Source: an uncultured archaeon (GTDB taxonomy: Archaea; Asgardarchaeota; Thorarchaeia; Thorarchaeales; CAZPUN01). Taken from it: a stretch of 32,000 nt of DNA. Location of the stretch: positions 1 through 32,000 of the forward strand of contig CAZPUN010000023.1 in NCBI GenBank assembly GCA_964589775.1, read 5' to 3'. This document shows, piece after piece, positions 16,990-28,563 of this stretch (its first letter is position 1; each line of letters starts with the position of its first letter). A program made the translations under genes and the position numbers. The notes beneath the pieces are model-generated. The model was not told the DNA's origin. It searched no databases and saw only the letters and a list, made by a program, of their open reading frames with translations.

Positions 16990-19881
16990 ATGTATGATTT
17001 TCAATCAATAGAAGAAAAATGGCAAAAACGCTGGGAAGAATCCAAAATATTTGAAGTTGAACATATAAAGAATCGAAAAAAGTGGTTCATTACGGTACCA
17101 TATCCTTATACTAATGCTCCGCTTCATATTGGGCATGGTCGTACTTATACAATTGGAGACATCGCTGCACGTTTTCGTCGTATGCAAGGATATCACGTAT
17201 TATTTCCAATGGCGTTTCACATGACAGGTACGCCAGTCCTTGGAGTAAGTAGCCGAATAAAAGAAGGTGACAAAGAGACTATTTCCCTGTATAAGCGATA
17301 TGTGCGTCAGTATATAACGGATGAAAAAGAGATCGAAAAAATAGTAAAGTCATTTGAGGATCCCTGGACCACTGCGAAATTCTTTGCTGACCATATTTCT
17401 GCTGACTTTAAGTCATTAGGTTATAGTATTGACTGGCGGCGTCGCTTTACAACTGGTGATAAAATTTACAATCAATTTGTAACATGGCAGTTTCTAAAAA
17501 TGAATGAGCGCGGCTACATAGTTAATGGAACATATCCAATTCTATACTGTCCGCATTGTAAGAATGCTGTTGGTGAAGATGACTTATTAGAGGGTGAAGA
17601 TGCTTCTGTTCGTGCATTTACAACGATTAAATTTCCTTTTGATGATAAATTCCTGGTAGCCGCAACCCTTCGGCCTGAAACTATATTTGGTGCAACAAAT
17701 CTTTGGATAAATCCTGATGTGGAATATGCTGAAGTGGATGTAAATGGTGAGATTTGGATTATTTCAAAGCGTGCGTATGAAAAATTAACATATCAAAAGA
17801 AGGGTATTAAGCTTCTTCGTACCTTTAAAGGTAATGAACTTATTGGAAAATCTTGCAAGTCTCCTATATCTGATATCAATTTACCAATATTACCTGCATC
17901 ATTTGTAGATCCGGATAATGCCACAGGTGTTGTATATTCTGTACCTGCACATGCACCTTATGATTATATTGCTCTTAGAGACTTGTGGGAAAATGAGAGT
18001 GAAAAAGCGAAGATTGGCAAAGAAATAGTAGATTCAATTAAGTTGATATCGATTATTTCGATAGAGGGCTATGGTGAGTACCCCGCGAAAGAAATTGTTG
18101 AAAAGATGAAAATCAAAAATCAGAATGAGCATAAGAAATTAGAAGAAGCCACACAAACAATCTACAAAGCAGAATTCTATCATGGAGTAATGAAAGATAA
18201 TTGTGGCCCATTTAAAGGCAAATTAATTCGAGACGTTAAAGAAGACGTTATCGACTGGCTTAAAAAAGATAATATCTCTGATGACTTTTATGAGCCTGAC
18301 AAAAAGCCAGTTACTTGTCGATGTGGCACTCCCGTATTAGTTGCAGTTTTAGCAAATCAATGGTTCATAGATTATAATGCGAAAGGTTGGAAGGATCTTG
18401 CATATAAAGAACTGCATGAAATGGAAATTGTCCCATCTGTATATCGTACATTGTTTGAAAACACATTTGAATGGCTAGATCGTCGTCCATGTGCTCGTAG
18501 ACGTGGTATTGGAACGAAACTTCCATTTGACAAGGATTGGATAATTGAATCGCTCTCAGATTCTACGATCTATATGGCGTTTTATACAATTGCCCATATT
18601 ATTCATCGAAACAATATTCCTCCTGAAAAACTAACTCCAGAATTATTCGATTATGTATTTCTAGGTCGTGGATCATCATCAAAATTGTCAAAGAGTCTTG
18701 ACTTGCCTAAACAAGTAATTGAAGAAATGCGACAAGAATTTGACTATTGGTACCCATTGGATCAACGTCATACAGCAATCAGTCATATTACAAACCATCT
18801 GAGCTTCTTCATTTTCCATCATGTAGCGATATTTCCAGAAGAAAAATGGCCACGCGCAATTACACTTAATGAGCATGTAATTCGTGAAGGTCGCAAAATG
18901 AGTAAAAGTAAAGGTAATGTCATTCCACTTGTGGATATTCCAAAGAAATATGGGGTTGATCTATATCGCCTTTATGTTGCAGTATTTGCGGATCTTGCAA
19001 CAATTATCGATTGGAAAGAGAAAGACGTTCCATCTGTCCGAAGCAAACTTACACAGTTCTGGAATTTATCTAATCAAATTCTTGAAATGAATCACGACGG
19101 AAATCTAACGACGAACTACACACCTACAAAATGGTTACTCTCTACAATTAATACGATTATTAAAGAAGCAACCAATGACCTTGAGCGCTACAGATTTCGA
19201 GACTATGCACTAAAAGTCGCTTATGAAATGCCAAAAATTATTTCAAAATACCTTAAGCGAACTGAGGTTGATATATCTGAAAAAGGTAATGCGCTGTGGT
19301 ATACATTAGATCGCTGGGTCCGATTGATGGCTCCAATAACGCCTCATATATGTGAAGAAATCTGGGAGAAGATGGGTAACTCTGAGTTTGTATCTTTAGC
19401 AAAATGGCCTACTCCTGATGAATCACTAATTGATAAAAATGCAGAACTCGGGCAGATTATAGTCGACAACTTAGTCAATGATATTCGTGAGATCCTTAAG
19501 CTAATTAAGGATAAAGCACCTAAAAAGGCGCACATCTATATAGCGCCGGAATGGAAATACGATGTGCTTAGACGCCTATCCCAGTATGATGGACCACTTA
19601 CAATAAAAGAAATGATGCCATATCTTCTTAAAAATGCGGAATTGAAGAGATATAGTAAGCAATTATCGCCAATAGTGCAGAAAATAGCAAAAGAAAACAG
19701 TATATGGACATTCTTGCCTTCTGCAGATGAAGAGTATAAAGTATTTCTCGGTGCAAAAGATTACATTAGCGCCGAAACTGGCATGGAAATTGAAGTTTAC
19801 TCCCCAGAAAATATTTCGTATGATCCCGCAAAGAAGTCTAAGCATGCATTACCTGGGCGCCCCTCCATATTACTTGAATAG
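16990..19881 (+). CDS. leuS: Leucine--tRNA ligase (archaeal/eukaryal type)
   Basis: PYPYTNAPLHIGH, TLRPET, SVPAHAPYDY editing domain, IESLSDSTIYMAFYT, KMSKSKGN, and C-terminal ALPGRPSI. Confidence 0.97.
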   Translation: MYDFQSIEEKWQKRWEESKIFEVEHIKNRKKWFITVPYPYTNAPLHIGHGRTYTIGDIAARFRRMQGYHVLFPMAFHMTGTPVLGVSSRIKEGDKETISLYKRYVRQYITDEKEIEKIVKSFEDPWTTAKFFADHISADFKSLGYSIDWRRRFTTGDKIYNQFVTWQFLKMNERGYIVNGTYPILYCPHCKNAVGEDDLLEGEDASVRAFTTIKFPFDDKFLVAATLRPETIFGATNLWINPDVEYAEVDVNGEIWIISKRAYEKLTYQKKGIKLLRTFKGNELIGKSCKSPISDINLPILPASFVDPDNATGVVYSVPAHAPYDYIALRDLWENESEKAKIGKEIVDSIKLISIISIEGYGEYPAKEIVEKMKIKNQNEHKKLEEATQTIYKAEFYHGVMKDNCGPFKGKLIRDVKEDVIDWLKKDNISDDFYEPDKKPVTCRCGTPVLVAVLANQWFIDYNAKGWKDLAYKELHEMEIVPSVYRTLFENTFEWLDRRPCARRRGIGTKLPFDKDWIIESLSDSTIYMAFYTIAHIIHRNNIPPEKLTPELFDYVFLGRGSSSKLSKSLDLPKQVIEEMRQEFDYWYPLDQRHTAISHITNHLSFFIFHHVAIFPEEKWPRAITLNEHVIREGRKMSKSKGNVIPLVDIPKKYGVDLYRLYVAVFADLATIIDWKEKDVPSVRSKLTQFWNLSNQILEMNHDGNLTTNYTPTKWLLSTINTIIKEATNDLERYRFRDYALKVAYEMPKIISKYLKRTEVDISEKGNALWYTLDRWVRLMAPITPHICEEIWEKMGNSEFVSLAKWPTPDESLIDKNAELGQIIVDNLVNDIREILKLIKDKAPKKAHIYIAPEWKYDVLRRLSQYDGPLTIKEMMPYLLKNAELKRYSKQLSPIVQKIAKENSIWTFLPSADEEYKVFLGAKDYISAETGMEIEVYSPENISYDPAKKSKHALPGRPSILLE

Positions 19882-20087
19882 TGCGCCCTTTATCCTATTT
19901 TTCTTAAAATATATTACTTTTACAAATACCAAGTTCTTAATTGACGAACTCTTCGATTTTTATTGAATTTTATAATATTTATTTTACAAACATCGCTCTA
20001 ATGTGCCCTTCAAACAGTCTGCGTTCATTAAAAAGCGCCTATCATATCAATTGGCATATTTTGCCAAAAAATTATTTCTGTCATTAC

Positions 20088-20106
20088 AGAAAGGTTTTTA
20101 TTATAA
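20088..20106 (+). promoter_or_regulatory. Putative BRE/TATA promoter of the 16S rRNA transcript
   Basis: AGAAAGG-TTTTTATTATAA, about 25-30 nt before the shift to GC-richer structured sequence near 20133. Confidence 0.55.
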
Positions 20107-20132
20107 CTGTAATTGATGATAATTGCTTATTA

Positions 20133-20551
20133 TCCGTGGCGGCGGATAAATGCGCTAAGTGTGCAGGCGCAAAGAGCACGAAACGAAGAGTTTAAGTGCA
20201 AATGTTGTGCCTGTTCTGTATGCAAATTATGTCCGCTTCGGATATGTATATGCAAATATAATGAAAACGCCACGAGTTCGGCAAGATGTGCCGAATACGT
20301 AGGTCCGGACGTGGGCTGCATAGCCTGGGATGATGGACTGAATTCCAAGCGTGGCGATAATAGATGCGGACTCAAGAAAACGGGTATGAAAAATACTCGG
20401 AACCTTGAGATCTAAGATACGCTCAAAGATGTACATTGAAGGGTCAATGTGCCCGTCAATTCCCTAAATTGACATGAAAGGGCCAGTACTTCAAGTAAAC
20501 ATCCTGTGCAGGTGCTGCACGATATCCTCCCTTGCCAGGAGCGTGCAGCGA
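20133..20551 (+). other. Structured 5' external transcribed spacer of pre-16S rRNA, including the 5' arm of the processing stem (20420-20454)
   Basis: Many hairpins; CGCTCAAAGATGTACA (20420-20435) is the exact reverse complement of 22109-22124. Confidence 0.75.
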
Positions 20552-22053
<1,502 letters not shown>

Positions 22054-22150
22054 TTGAGTATTGATGAGGAGTAAATCTCCTCAGCCCTAATGTCAGGGCA
22101 CAAACCCTTGTACATCTTTGAGCGGCCTGATTTACTTTTTGATTTTTATG
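22054..22150 (+). other. 16S 3' trailer: hairpin, 3' arm of the processing stem (22096-22124) and T-rich terminator
   Basis: TGAGGAG-TAAAT-CTCCTCA hairpin; complementarity to 20420-20454; TTTACTTTTTGATTTTT. Confidence 0.7.
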
Positions 22151-22282
22151 AAATTTGGACTTAATGTGATGACTATGTTCTTGAGTAGATTTCGCTATTT
22201 TTGTTGTATTACACTAGTTTATTTCATAAAGTGTACATGTTAATAATGTCAATCAGTCAGTAGTAGATTAAGGTGAATATCT

Positions 22283-23212
22283 TTGGTCAAGGCAAAAGTA
22301 CATGAGATTGAGATTGATATACGAAGTAATACATTGATCGGAATGTATCAATATGGTGAGACGCCCTCGCGATTACTCATAATTAGTGGGTTACGCGGTG
22401 ATGAGGGTAGTAGCATATTTGCGTCCTATCACTTGATGAAGTTACTTGATGCTGTTGATACATTAAATGGAACTGTTTCGATTATACCTGTTGCAAATCC
22501 TTTGGCGTTTCGTCTAGGTCTTCCTGCATCACCTATAGATCATCTATTATTGGACAAAGAGTTTCCCGGACGGAAAGATGGAAGTATTACGGAACGATTA
22601 GCATGGGAATTATGGAATATTGCAAAAGAATACGATTATGTTATTACATTACATTCAAGTTTGAGTAATAGCGTTTTGTTTGGCAGGTGCATGTATGAAG
22701 ATAATCCATCTATGCGTGATATTTTTGCAAGCATGAACCTACCATATATTGTACATGATGCTGGTGAGCCGGGCAAACTATTTGTTGAGGTTTCTCGATA
22801 TGGTATTCCTGCAATTGATATTGTGATACCCGGCAATGGCTCAATAATTGATCCTCGTGCATCAATGAAAGTCGTTGATATATTACTTGAATTTTTAAGT
22901 ACTAATGGCTGGTTGACAAAATCCGAAGTCACATATTCTCCCTCATTTCTAGGGCGTACTACTAAAATTATTGCTCCTGCTGAGGGCTTTTTCTTACCTG
23001 CAAAAGAGCCTGGCGAAAAGATATTAAAAGGTGAATCCATTGGTGCCATTGAAGGTGCAGGAGAACTTACAGTGCCAATATCTGGCCTGATATTATCTGT
23101 AAATTACAGCCGATATGTATTCAAAGGAGATTTCATCGCAGAGATTGCAATGCATGATTCGCAACAACCTGCCGTAAGACGACAACCAATTCGCATTAAG
23201 GAAGGTTTGTAG
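22283..23212 (+). CDS. Succinylglutamate desuccinylase/aspartoacylase (M14-like) family protein with degenerate catalytic motifs
   Basis: SGLRGDE, GTVSIIPVANPLAF, FPGRKDGSITERLA, DYVITLHS, and a C-terminal APAEG...PGE.I.KGE.IG hybrid domain. Confidence 0.82.
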   Translation: MVKAKVHEIEIDIRSNTLIGMYQYGETPSRLLIISGLRGDEGSSIFASYHLMKLLDAVDTLNGTVSIIPVANPLAFRLGLPASPIDHLLLDKEFPGRKDGSITERLAWELWNIAKEYDYVITLHSSLSNSVLFGRCMYEDNPSMRDIFASMNLPYIVHDAGEPGKLFVEVSRYGIPAIDIVIPGNGSIIDPRASMKVVDILLEFLSTNGWLTKSEVTYSPSFLGRTTKIIAPAEGFFLPAKEPGEKILKGESIGAIEGAGELTVPISGLILSVNYSRYVFKGDFIAEIAMHDSQQPAVRRQPIRIKEGL

Positions 23213-23213
23213 T

Positions 23214-23639
23214 ATGGTCGGCAAATATGATCTTATGCGTTCGAACGTAGGTAATCGTGAAGCCAGAAAGAAAAAAGGAGTCATCGTCTATGGGAGTTGT
23301 GTTCCTACACAATTTCCTGATTTGTTTAATGAAGTCTTTGAGCAATACAAATATCCAGCATTTGATGTATGTTTAGAAACTGTACATATGAATATGGCGG
23401 GCTACAAGCTAGCTTCGCTCATCTCATATTCTCATGTAGAAAATGTAATTGTTTTAACTGTTGATGGGTCTCCACATTGTATTCAATTGCACTATTTAGT
23501 TGAAGACATAAAGAAGCATTTTCTACATAATATCAACACAAAACATCTAGTAATTGAAAAAGGTGTATTGTATGAAGTCTCTGAACGCGCAGTAAGAAAA
23601 TCCAGACATCTTAAGGCACTTGAAAAAATGGATTCATAA
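23214..23639 (+). CDS. Conserved hypothetical protein, possibly Fe-S or metal binding
   Basis: Three spaced Cys motifs (GSC, VCLE, DGSPHC) plus several His; starts 1 bp after the upstream gene. Confidence 0.6.
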   Translation: MVGKYDLMRSNVGNREARKKKGVIVYGSCVPTQFPDLFNEVFEQYKYPAFDVCLETVHMNMAGYKLASLISYSHVENVIVLTVDGSPHCIQLHYLVEDIKKHFLHNINTKHLVIEKGVLYEVSERAVRKSRHLKALEKMDS

Positions 23640-23641
23640 AA

Positions 23642-24580
23642 TTATGGTTTTATTGTTATATTTAATTTTGTCGCGAGATCCTTGTACCTATTTCGTACGG
23701 TCACTTCAGTCACATGAGCTGCTTCTGCAATTTCACGTTGTGTTCTGCGTTCATACTGAATTATTCCCGCAATATATATTGATGCGGCAGCTAGTCCTCC
23801 CGGATCTTTTCCCGCAGTAATGCCTTTCTGTTTTGCTTGTTTTATTATATCAATTGCTGTGTATATAGTTTTTCCACTGAGTCCTAATGAATTTCCAATT
23901 TTAGGTATATAATCCATGGCGGAAGGAACTGGTGGGTGTATATCTATTTCTTTTAAAATAAGGCGTACACTCTGACCTAATTCTTTTCTATTCGTCCTTG
24001 CCTGAATGACGATTTCGTCTAAAGGTCGCGGAATTTTGTGAATTCTACATGCTAAATATAGTGATGCAGCAACAATCCCCTCAATGCTTCGGCCTCTCAC
24101 TAATCGTTTATTTAATGTCTTTCGATATATTAATGCTGCAGTTTCTTTTGCCTCTTTTGGAATACCTAATTGTGAAGATAATCTTTCGAGTTCGCTCATA
24201 GCAATAGTTAGATTTCTGCTCTGGGCACTATATACAATTGACCGAATTTGCCATTTTCTCATTCTATATAATTCCGCACGTTTTCTAACGCTGATTTCTT
24301 TTCCGTTCGCATCTTGATTTTTCCAATCTATTGTGGTTGAAAGCCCCTTATCATGTATTGTTAGACTAAGTGGACTACCTGTTCGTGCGCGATTATTATT
24401 TTCCTCAGAATTAAATGCTCGCCATTCTGGACCTTTATCTATTAGTTTTTCATCAATAATTAGACCACATGTGCCGCAGATTAATTCTCCCCTATTTAGG
24501 TCTTGAAAAACATTTGTTGAGCCACATTCGGGGCAGCGATATAAAATTTTTGTTTCCTTTTTTGAGGGAGTTGTTGTCAT
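23642..24580 (-). CDS. tfb: Transcription initiation factor IIB (TFB)
   Basis: Zn ribbon CPECG...CGTCG, GPEWRAF, HDKGLST, two cyclin repeats, TQREIA...VTEVTVRNRYK. Confidence 0.97.
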   Translation of the reverse strand: MTTTPSKKETKILYRCPECGSTNVFQDLNRGELICGTCGLIIDEKLIDKGPEWRAFNSEENNNRARTGSPLSLTIHDKGLSTTIDWKNQDANGKEISVRKRAELYRMRKWQIRSIVYSAQSRNLTIAMSELERLSSQLGIPKEAKETAALIYRKTLNKRLVRGRSIEGIVAASLYLACRIHKIPRPLDEIVIQARTNRKELGQSVRLILKEIDIHPPVPSAMDYIPKIGNSLGLSGKTIYTAIDIIKQAKQKGITAGKDPGGLAAASIYIAGIIQYERRTQREIAEAAHVTEVTVRNRYKDLATKLNITIKP

Positions 24581-24673
24581 TATTGAACCACCTAGTAGGC
24601 TCTTACATTTTGTAACTTCTCGGACTGGTTGTTTTTTAAGGTTTTTTATATATTGAAAAAGAAAAAGCAGATG

Positions 24674-25306
24674 CTATGCAGTTTTTAATTCATCAATTAT
24701 TTTACTTGCTTCTTTTTTCCATTGCTTGCTTTTTACCATAAGATCCTTTAAGTACTGTTCTGGGATTTCTGAATTCAAATACTCGCGAAGTTTCGTTAAC
24801 CACCCGCTGATTTCTAAAGTTATTGGATGAAATGTTGTCACTGATTTAATCATCATTTCTCTTGCATGTGCTAAGTTATATTGTAGATTTGTTAAATTCT
24901 CATTTTTTATGACATCTGATATTAATTTATCTAATGCAATTTCGCCAATTATCGCCATTCTGATCCTATTTGATTTATCTTCATCATAGGTTTTGTAATC
25001 CTCAATACTTTCGGCTATTTGTTGTGCTATATTATCTTCAATATCTTTTATTCTCTGTTCATTTTCGCCTTTTAGTTTTAAAATGAGTTTATCTTCTCCA
25101 GTTTCAAGAGACATTATTATTTTCTTGTCTCCATCTATTAATACAAAAATTGCATGTCTATTTAACGAATGTTCATCGGAGTATTTTCCCAAATAACTAT
25201 GTTCAATGTTTGTAAGAATATGCCATGCGAGTCTAAATGCAATGTCTAAGTCGATATTTTCGATTGGGATCTCCTTCATATATACGTTTTCTGAATCTCC
25301 GGACAT
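24674..25306 (-). CDS. Hypothetical soluble protein
   Basis: Long ORF with host-like composition. ATG at 25306 follows GGAGG (the ORF is open up to 25339). No family recognised. Confidence 0.7.
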   Translation of the reverse strand: MSGDSENVYMKEIPIENIDLDIAFRLAWHILTNIEHSYLGKYSDEHSLNRHAIFVLIDGDKKIIMSLETGEDKLILKLKGENEQRIKDIEDNIAQQIAESIEDYKTYDEDKSNRIRMAIIGEIALDKLISDVIKNENLTNLQYNLAHAREMMIKSVTTFHPITLEISGWLTKLREYLNSEIPEQYLKDLMVKSKQWKKEASKIIDELKTA

Positions 25307-25421
25307 TAATGTTCCTCCAAATGTATGACTTAATCTCATTTTTCTATGTATTTTTATTATTAAATAGTTTTTTGCGTTCTATTTATAGGTAAAAATTATT
25401 ATAAAATATTTGGAGATTAAA

Positions 25422-25820
25422 ATGCCAAGTCAATCAATTGAAAAAATGTTTATTCTTGTTCTATCATTAACCATGGTCTCTATAATTGTCGTTCCTACAA
25501 TTGGGCAAACAATTCAATATTTATTGATCGGTGATAAATTAGCAACCCTCGACTCTATTACCGGTTCTCTAAACACATATCTTGCAAAAGTTGAAAATAA
25601 TCAGAGTGTTGAAGATATAGTAATTAATATTCCTCAAAATTATACAATCACTGCAGAATCAAATATTATATATATCAAATTATTAACCTACAATGCAACC
25701 CGTAAAATTATTCTTGATCATAGTGTTAATATATATGGTTTTAATGGATATGGTGATTATCGTATTCATGCTTTGATTGAAGATAGTATATTAAAAGTAT
25801 ATTTTAACAAAATAAGATAA
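25422..25820 (+). CDS. Hypothetical protein with a single N-terminal TM segment (possibly pilin-like)
   Basis: MPSQSIEKMFILVLSLTMVSIIVVP followed by a beta-rich domain. ATG follows GGAG. Confidence 0.6.
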   Translation: MPSQSIEKMFILVLSLTMVSIIVVPTIGQTIQYLLIGDKLATLDSITGSLNTYLAKVENNQSVEDIVINIPQNYTITAESNIIYIKLLTYNATRKIILDHSVNIYGFNGYGDYRIHALIEDSILKVYFNKIR

Positions 25821-25827
25821 AAGAGAC

Positions 25828-27021
25828 TTATAGTATTAAGTCTCGTTGTAATTTCTCAGAAAGTACTTCTATTTTATTTTTATCGACGTAGACATCGTCT
25901 TCTGTTCGTACTCCACCATACTTACGAAGGTATATTCCCGGCTCGATTGCCATTGTTACGTGTGCTGGTAGAATTCTATCATATTCTCGTAGCGATGGAT
26001 ATTCATGTATATCCAATCCTATTCCATGCCCTAAGGTGTGTATGAAACCTTCTTTTGCATCTGGATCGCTTTTAATTGTTTGAAATCCTGCTTGCTCAAT
26101 TACTTTGCATGCTTTATCTACAAAAATCCCGATTGGCTCTCCAGCTTTTATCGAATCAATTGCGGATTCTATCGCTAAATTTACGGTTTCATACATTTTT
26201 CTCACATCTTTATTTGGTGTTCCTTTGATTATTGTTCGTGTAATATCTGCATAATATCTGTTGAATTTATGGCGCGGGAAAATATCTACTATGATCGGTT
26301 CGTGTGCTCGAATGATATCTTCTGGACTCCCAAGGTAGTGGAAATCATATCCTGCTTGTCCAGAAACAACGATTGATTCTTCAGTATTTTCAGAATCATT
26401 ATCTAAAAGCGTATGTTCTATAACGCGCTTTATATATCCTACGGTGAGTTTCTTATTTTCGTAGTACAATATATTATTATCGCCAATTTCTGAATTATTT
26501 ATAATGTCAATGACTTTTTCAAATGTCTTAATGTCTGCATCTACGGCTTCACGTATTTTATTTATCTCATCTATTGATTTTGTTTCTCTCAATATATTGA
26601 AAAAGTTTGGGACTGCTTTTACATTATATCCAAACTTTTGAAGAATCAACAATTTCGTTGCTGGGAAATCGTCAGGGACTCCTATGGTTGAACCTTCGGG
26701 AATTTCTTTGGGTACCCAGCTCTTTAGTATCATCTCTATATTCTCGCGGATATTTATGCCCTCAGACATCATTTTTACATAAATCTCAGTAATATCCTTA
26801 ACATTCTTGATTTCTGTTTGCTTTTTAACGCGCTCACAGGTATTGAATGCTGTAACCACCATTGGTTCTGAATCCTTATGCTTTACATATGTGATTTCAT
26901 CTGGTGATAAAAATCCAGTAAGATAGTAGATTGTTGGGCTAATGAAACCACTGCCCGAATGTAAAATTACATCTAAATCAAATAGATCCATTAATTTATC
27001 AATGTCTTGTTTCATATCCAA
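25828..27021 (-). CDS. Xaa-Pro aminopeptidase/prolidase (M24B)
   Basis: LRETKS.DEI, VDIFP, YYADITRT, HTLGHGIGLDIHEYP, IEPGIY, GGVRTEDDV. Confidence 0.93.
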   Translation of the reverse strand: MDMKQDIDKLMDLFDLDVILHSGSGFISPTIYYLTGFLSPDEITYVKHKDSEPMVVTAFNTCERVKKQTEIKNVKDITEIYVKMMSEGINIRENIEMILKSWVPKEIPEGSTIGVPDDFPATKLLILQKFGYNVKAVPNFFNILRETKSIDEINKIREAVDADIKTFEKVIDIINNSEIGDNNILYYENKKLTVGYIKRVIEHTLLDNDSENTEESIVVSGQAGYDFHYLGSPEDIIRAHEPIIVDIFPRHKFNRYYADITRTIIKGTPNKDVRKMYETVNLAIESAIDSIKAGEPIGIFVDKACKVIEQAGFQTIKSDPDAKEGFIHTLGHGIGLDIHEYPSLREYDRILPAHVTMAIEPGIYLRKYGGVRTEDDVYVDKNKIEVLSEKLQRDLIL

Positions 27022-27024
27022 CCC

Positions 27025-27948
27025 TCATATTTCTGAAGCCTTACTTGTATTTATCCATTTGCCTGTTTGCATTCGTTTTTTTACGCTTTTTCTAGACGGG
27101 AATCCTGTAGGCCCCTTTGTTTCTATATTATATGATGCTACTGCTGAAGCAAAATGTCCTGCTTTTTTAATACTTTTTGTTTTTAAGAATTCGACGATAA
27201 ATCCCATCATATATGTATCTCCTGCACCTGTTGTATCTACGATTTTCTCAGGCAAATATGCTGGAATCTTATATTCTTTATTGTTAGTAAATATTATAGA
27301 ACCTCGTTCAGAGCGAGTTACAATTACAACTCTTGTTCCCAAATCTATGATGGCTTTAGCAGCTGTTCCTATATCCTCAGTACCTGTTAATTCTACAATT
27401 TCACGTTCATCACATTTTAAAAGAAAAATTCTCTCAAGTACTCTATTTGCATCTTTCCATTTTTGTGGAACTATTCTGCCATCATTTAATCGTTTTCTTA
27501 AAAAGCCTTGAGGATCTATCGAAATTGTAAATCCGTTTCTTTCAAGTTGTAATATTGTTTTAGTATCTATTTCGTTCAAAATTGGACCTATATGAATCCA
27601 TTTTGCATTTTGATATTCCTCGGGTATGTCTTGAAGCTCTATCTTCTGAGCAACGTGTTCCACAATTTGTATTCTGTTTCCTTCTTTATCGTATATGTTT
27701 GTAAATGACGTACTATGTTCACCTTTAACATGTATTCCTCTTAGATCTATGCCAGATGCTCTCAAGCTCTTCCAGAACGCATCTGGGAAATCTGTACCCA
27801 CAATTGATACAACACCAACAGTTTCACCGAGTTTTGGTATGACTTGTGAATATGCAGGTACGCCTCCTAATGCCTGCCATTTCTCGTTATCAATGATAAT
27901 CGTGTCTATACTAAAATGTCCAATTATGACAATATTTACCATTTTCAT
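27025..27948 (-). CDS. PfkB/ribokinase family carbohydrate or nucleoside kinase
   Basis: LGG...VGTDF, IDPQG, VTRSERGS, VDTTGAGDTY. Confidence 0.92.
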   Translation of the reverse strand: MKMVNIVIIGHFSIDTIIIDNEKWQALGGVPAYSQVIPKLGETVGVVSIVGTDFPDAFWKSLRASGIDLRGIHVKGEHSTSFTNIYDKEGNRIQIVEHVAQKIELQDIPEEYQNAKWIHIGPILNEIDTKTILQLERNGFTISIDPQGFLRKRLNDGRIVPQKWKDANRVLERIFLLKCDEREIVELTGTEDIGTAAKAIIDLGTRVVIVTRSERGSIIFTNNKEYKIPAYLPEKIVDTTGAGDTYMMGFIVEFLKTKSIKKAGHFASAVASYNIETKGPTGFPSRKSVKKRMQTGKWINTSKASEI

Positions 27949-28227
27949 CTACAAGTCCTATTGATTTTTGTACCCATTTAAATTGCTGACTATTACGATT
28001 ATATTAGAATTTTGAATGTTATTCTCAAATTTGAAGTTTTATACCAAATAGCCATGTTCAGAATCAATCTTTTTTGATATTGATTAATCATAGTTTGCGC
28101 TTTCTATGTCAAATATTGAAAATTTATGTGCTCAATAACTAAACATTTAAGTTTCTTATTCCACTTAATTTAAATAGGAATAAATTTGATTAAACACTGG
28201 AATATATCGCGAATGGGTGGCTAGGCA

Positions 28228-28560
28228 ATGATGGAATTAAGTATGTTACTGCAGGTAAATATTATAATACTTGCAGCACTATGTTTCATTGGGGTATTAT
28301 ACTTACTAGCGCGTAAAATGGCGCCTCCACCAAGAACTTCTGGTGCTGCAGTTGAGCCGTATGGCTCAGGTGAAAAAGTAAAAATTGGAAAGCTAAAGTT
28401 CAGGGCACAAATGCTGAATTTTGTATTCATGTTTATTGTATTTGAGTCGTTGATATTATCAATTCTTGCATGGCAAGTAAATCCACTTGCTGTTAGTGTA
28501 TATCTAATTGTGACCCTGTTCGCATTGCTTGCTACAAAGCAATGTACTACAGTTTGTTAG
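28228..28560 (+). CDS. Second, divergent NuoA-like membrane subunit
   Basis: Three TM segments, EPYGSGE loop (equivalent to PYECG), FIVFE motif; first gene of the B-C-H-I cluster. Confidence 0.75.
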   Translation: MMELSMLLQVNIIILAALCFIGVLYLLARKMAPPPRTSGAAVEPYGSGEKVKIGKLKFRAQMLNFVFMFIVFESLILSILAWQVNPLAVSVYLIVTLFALLATKQCTTVC

Positions 28561-28563
28561 GAG

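Noticed and set aside
20113-20415. Cys-rich 100-aa ORF (CKCCACSVCKLC...) resembling a metallothionein
   Set aside because: It lies in the structured rRNA leader just downstream of the rRNA promoter, has a weak start and no ribosome-binding site, and the Cys codons come from TG-rich sequence. Probably spurious, although it cannot be excluded without ribosome profiling.
26942-27511. 189-aa + strand ORF
   Set aside because: It is antisense to the well-supported PfkB and M24 genes.
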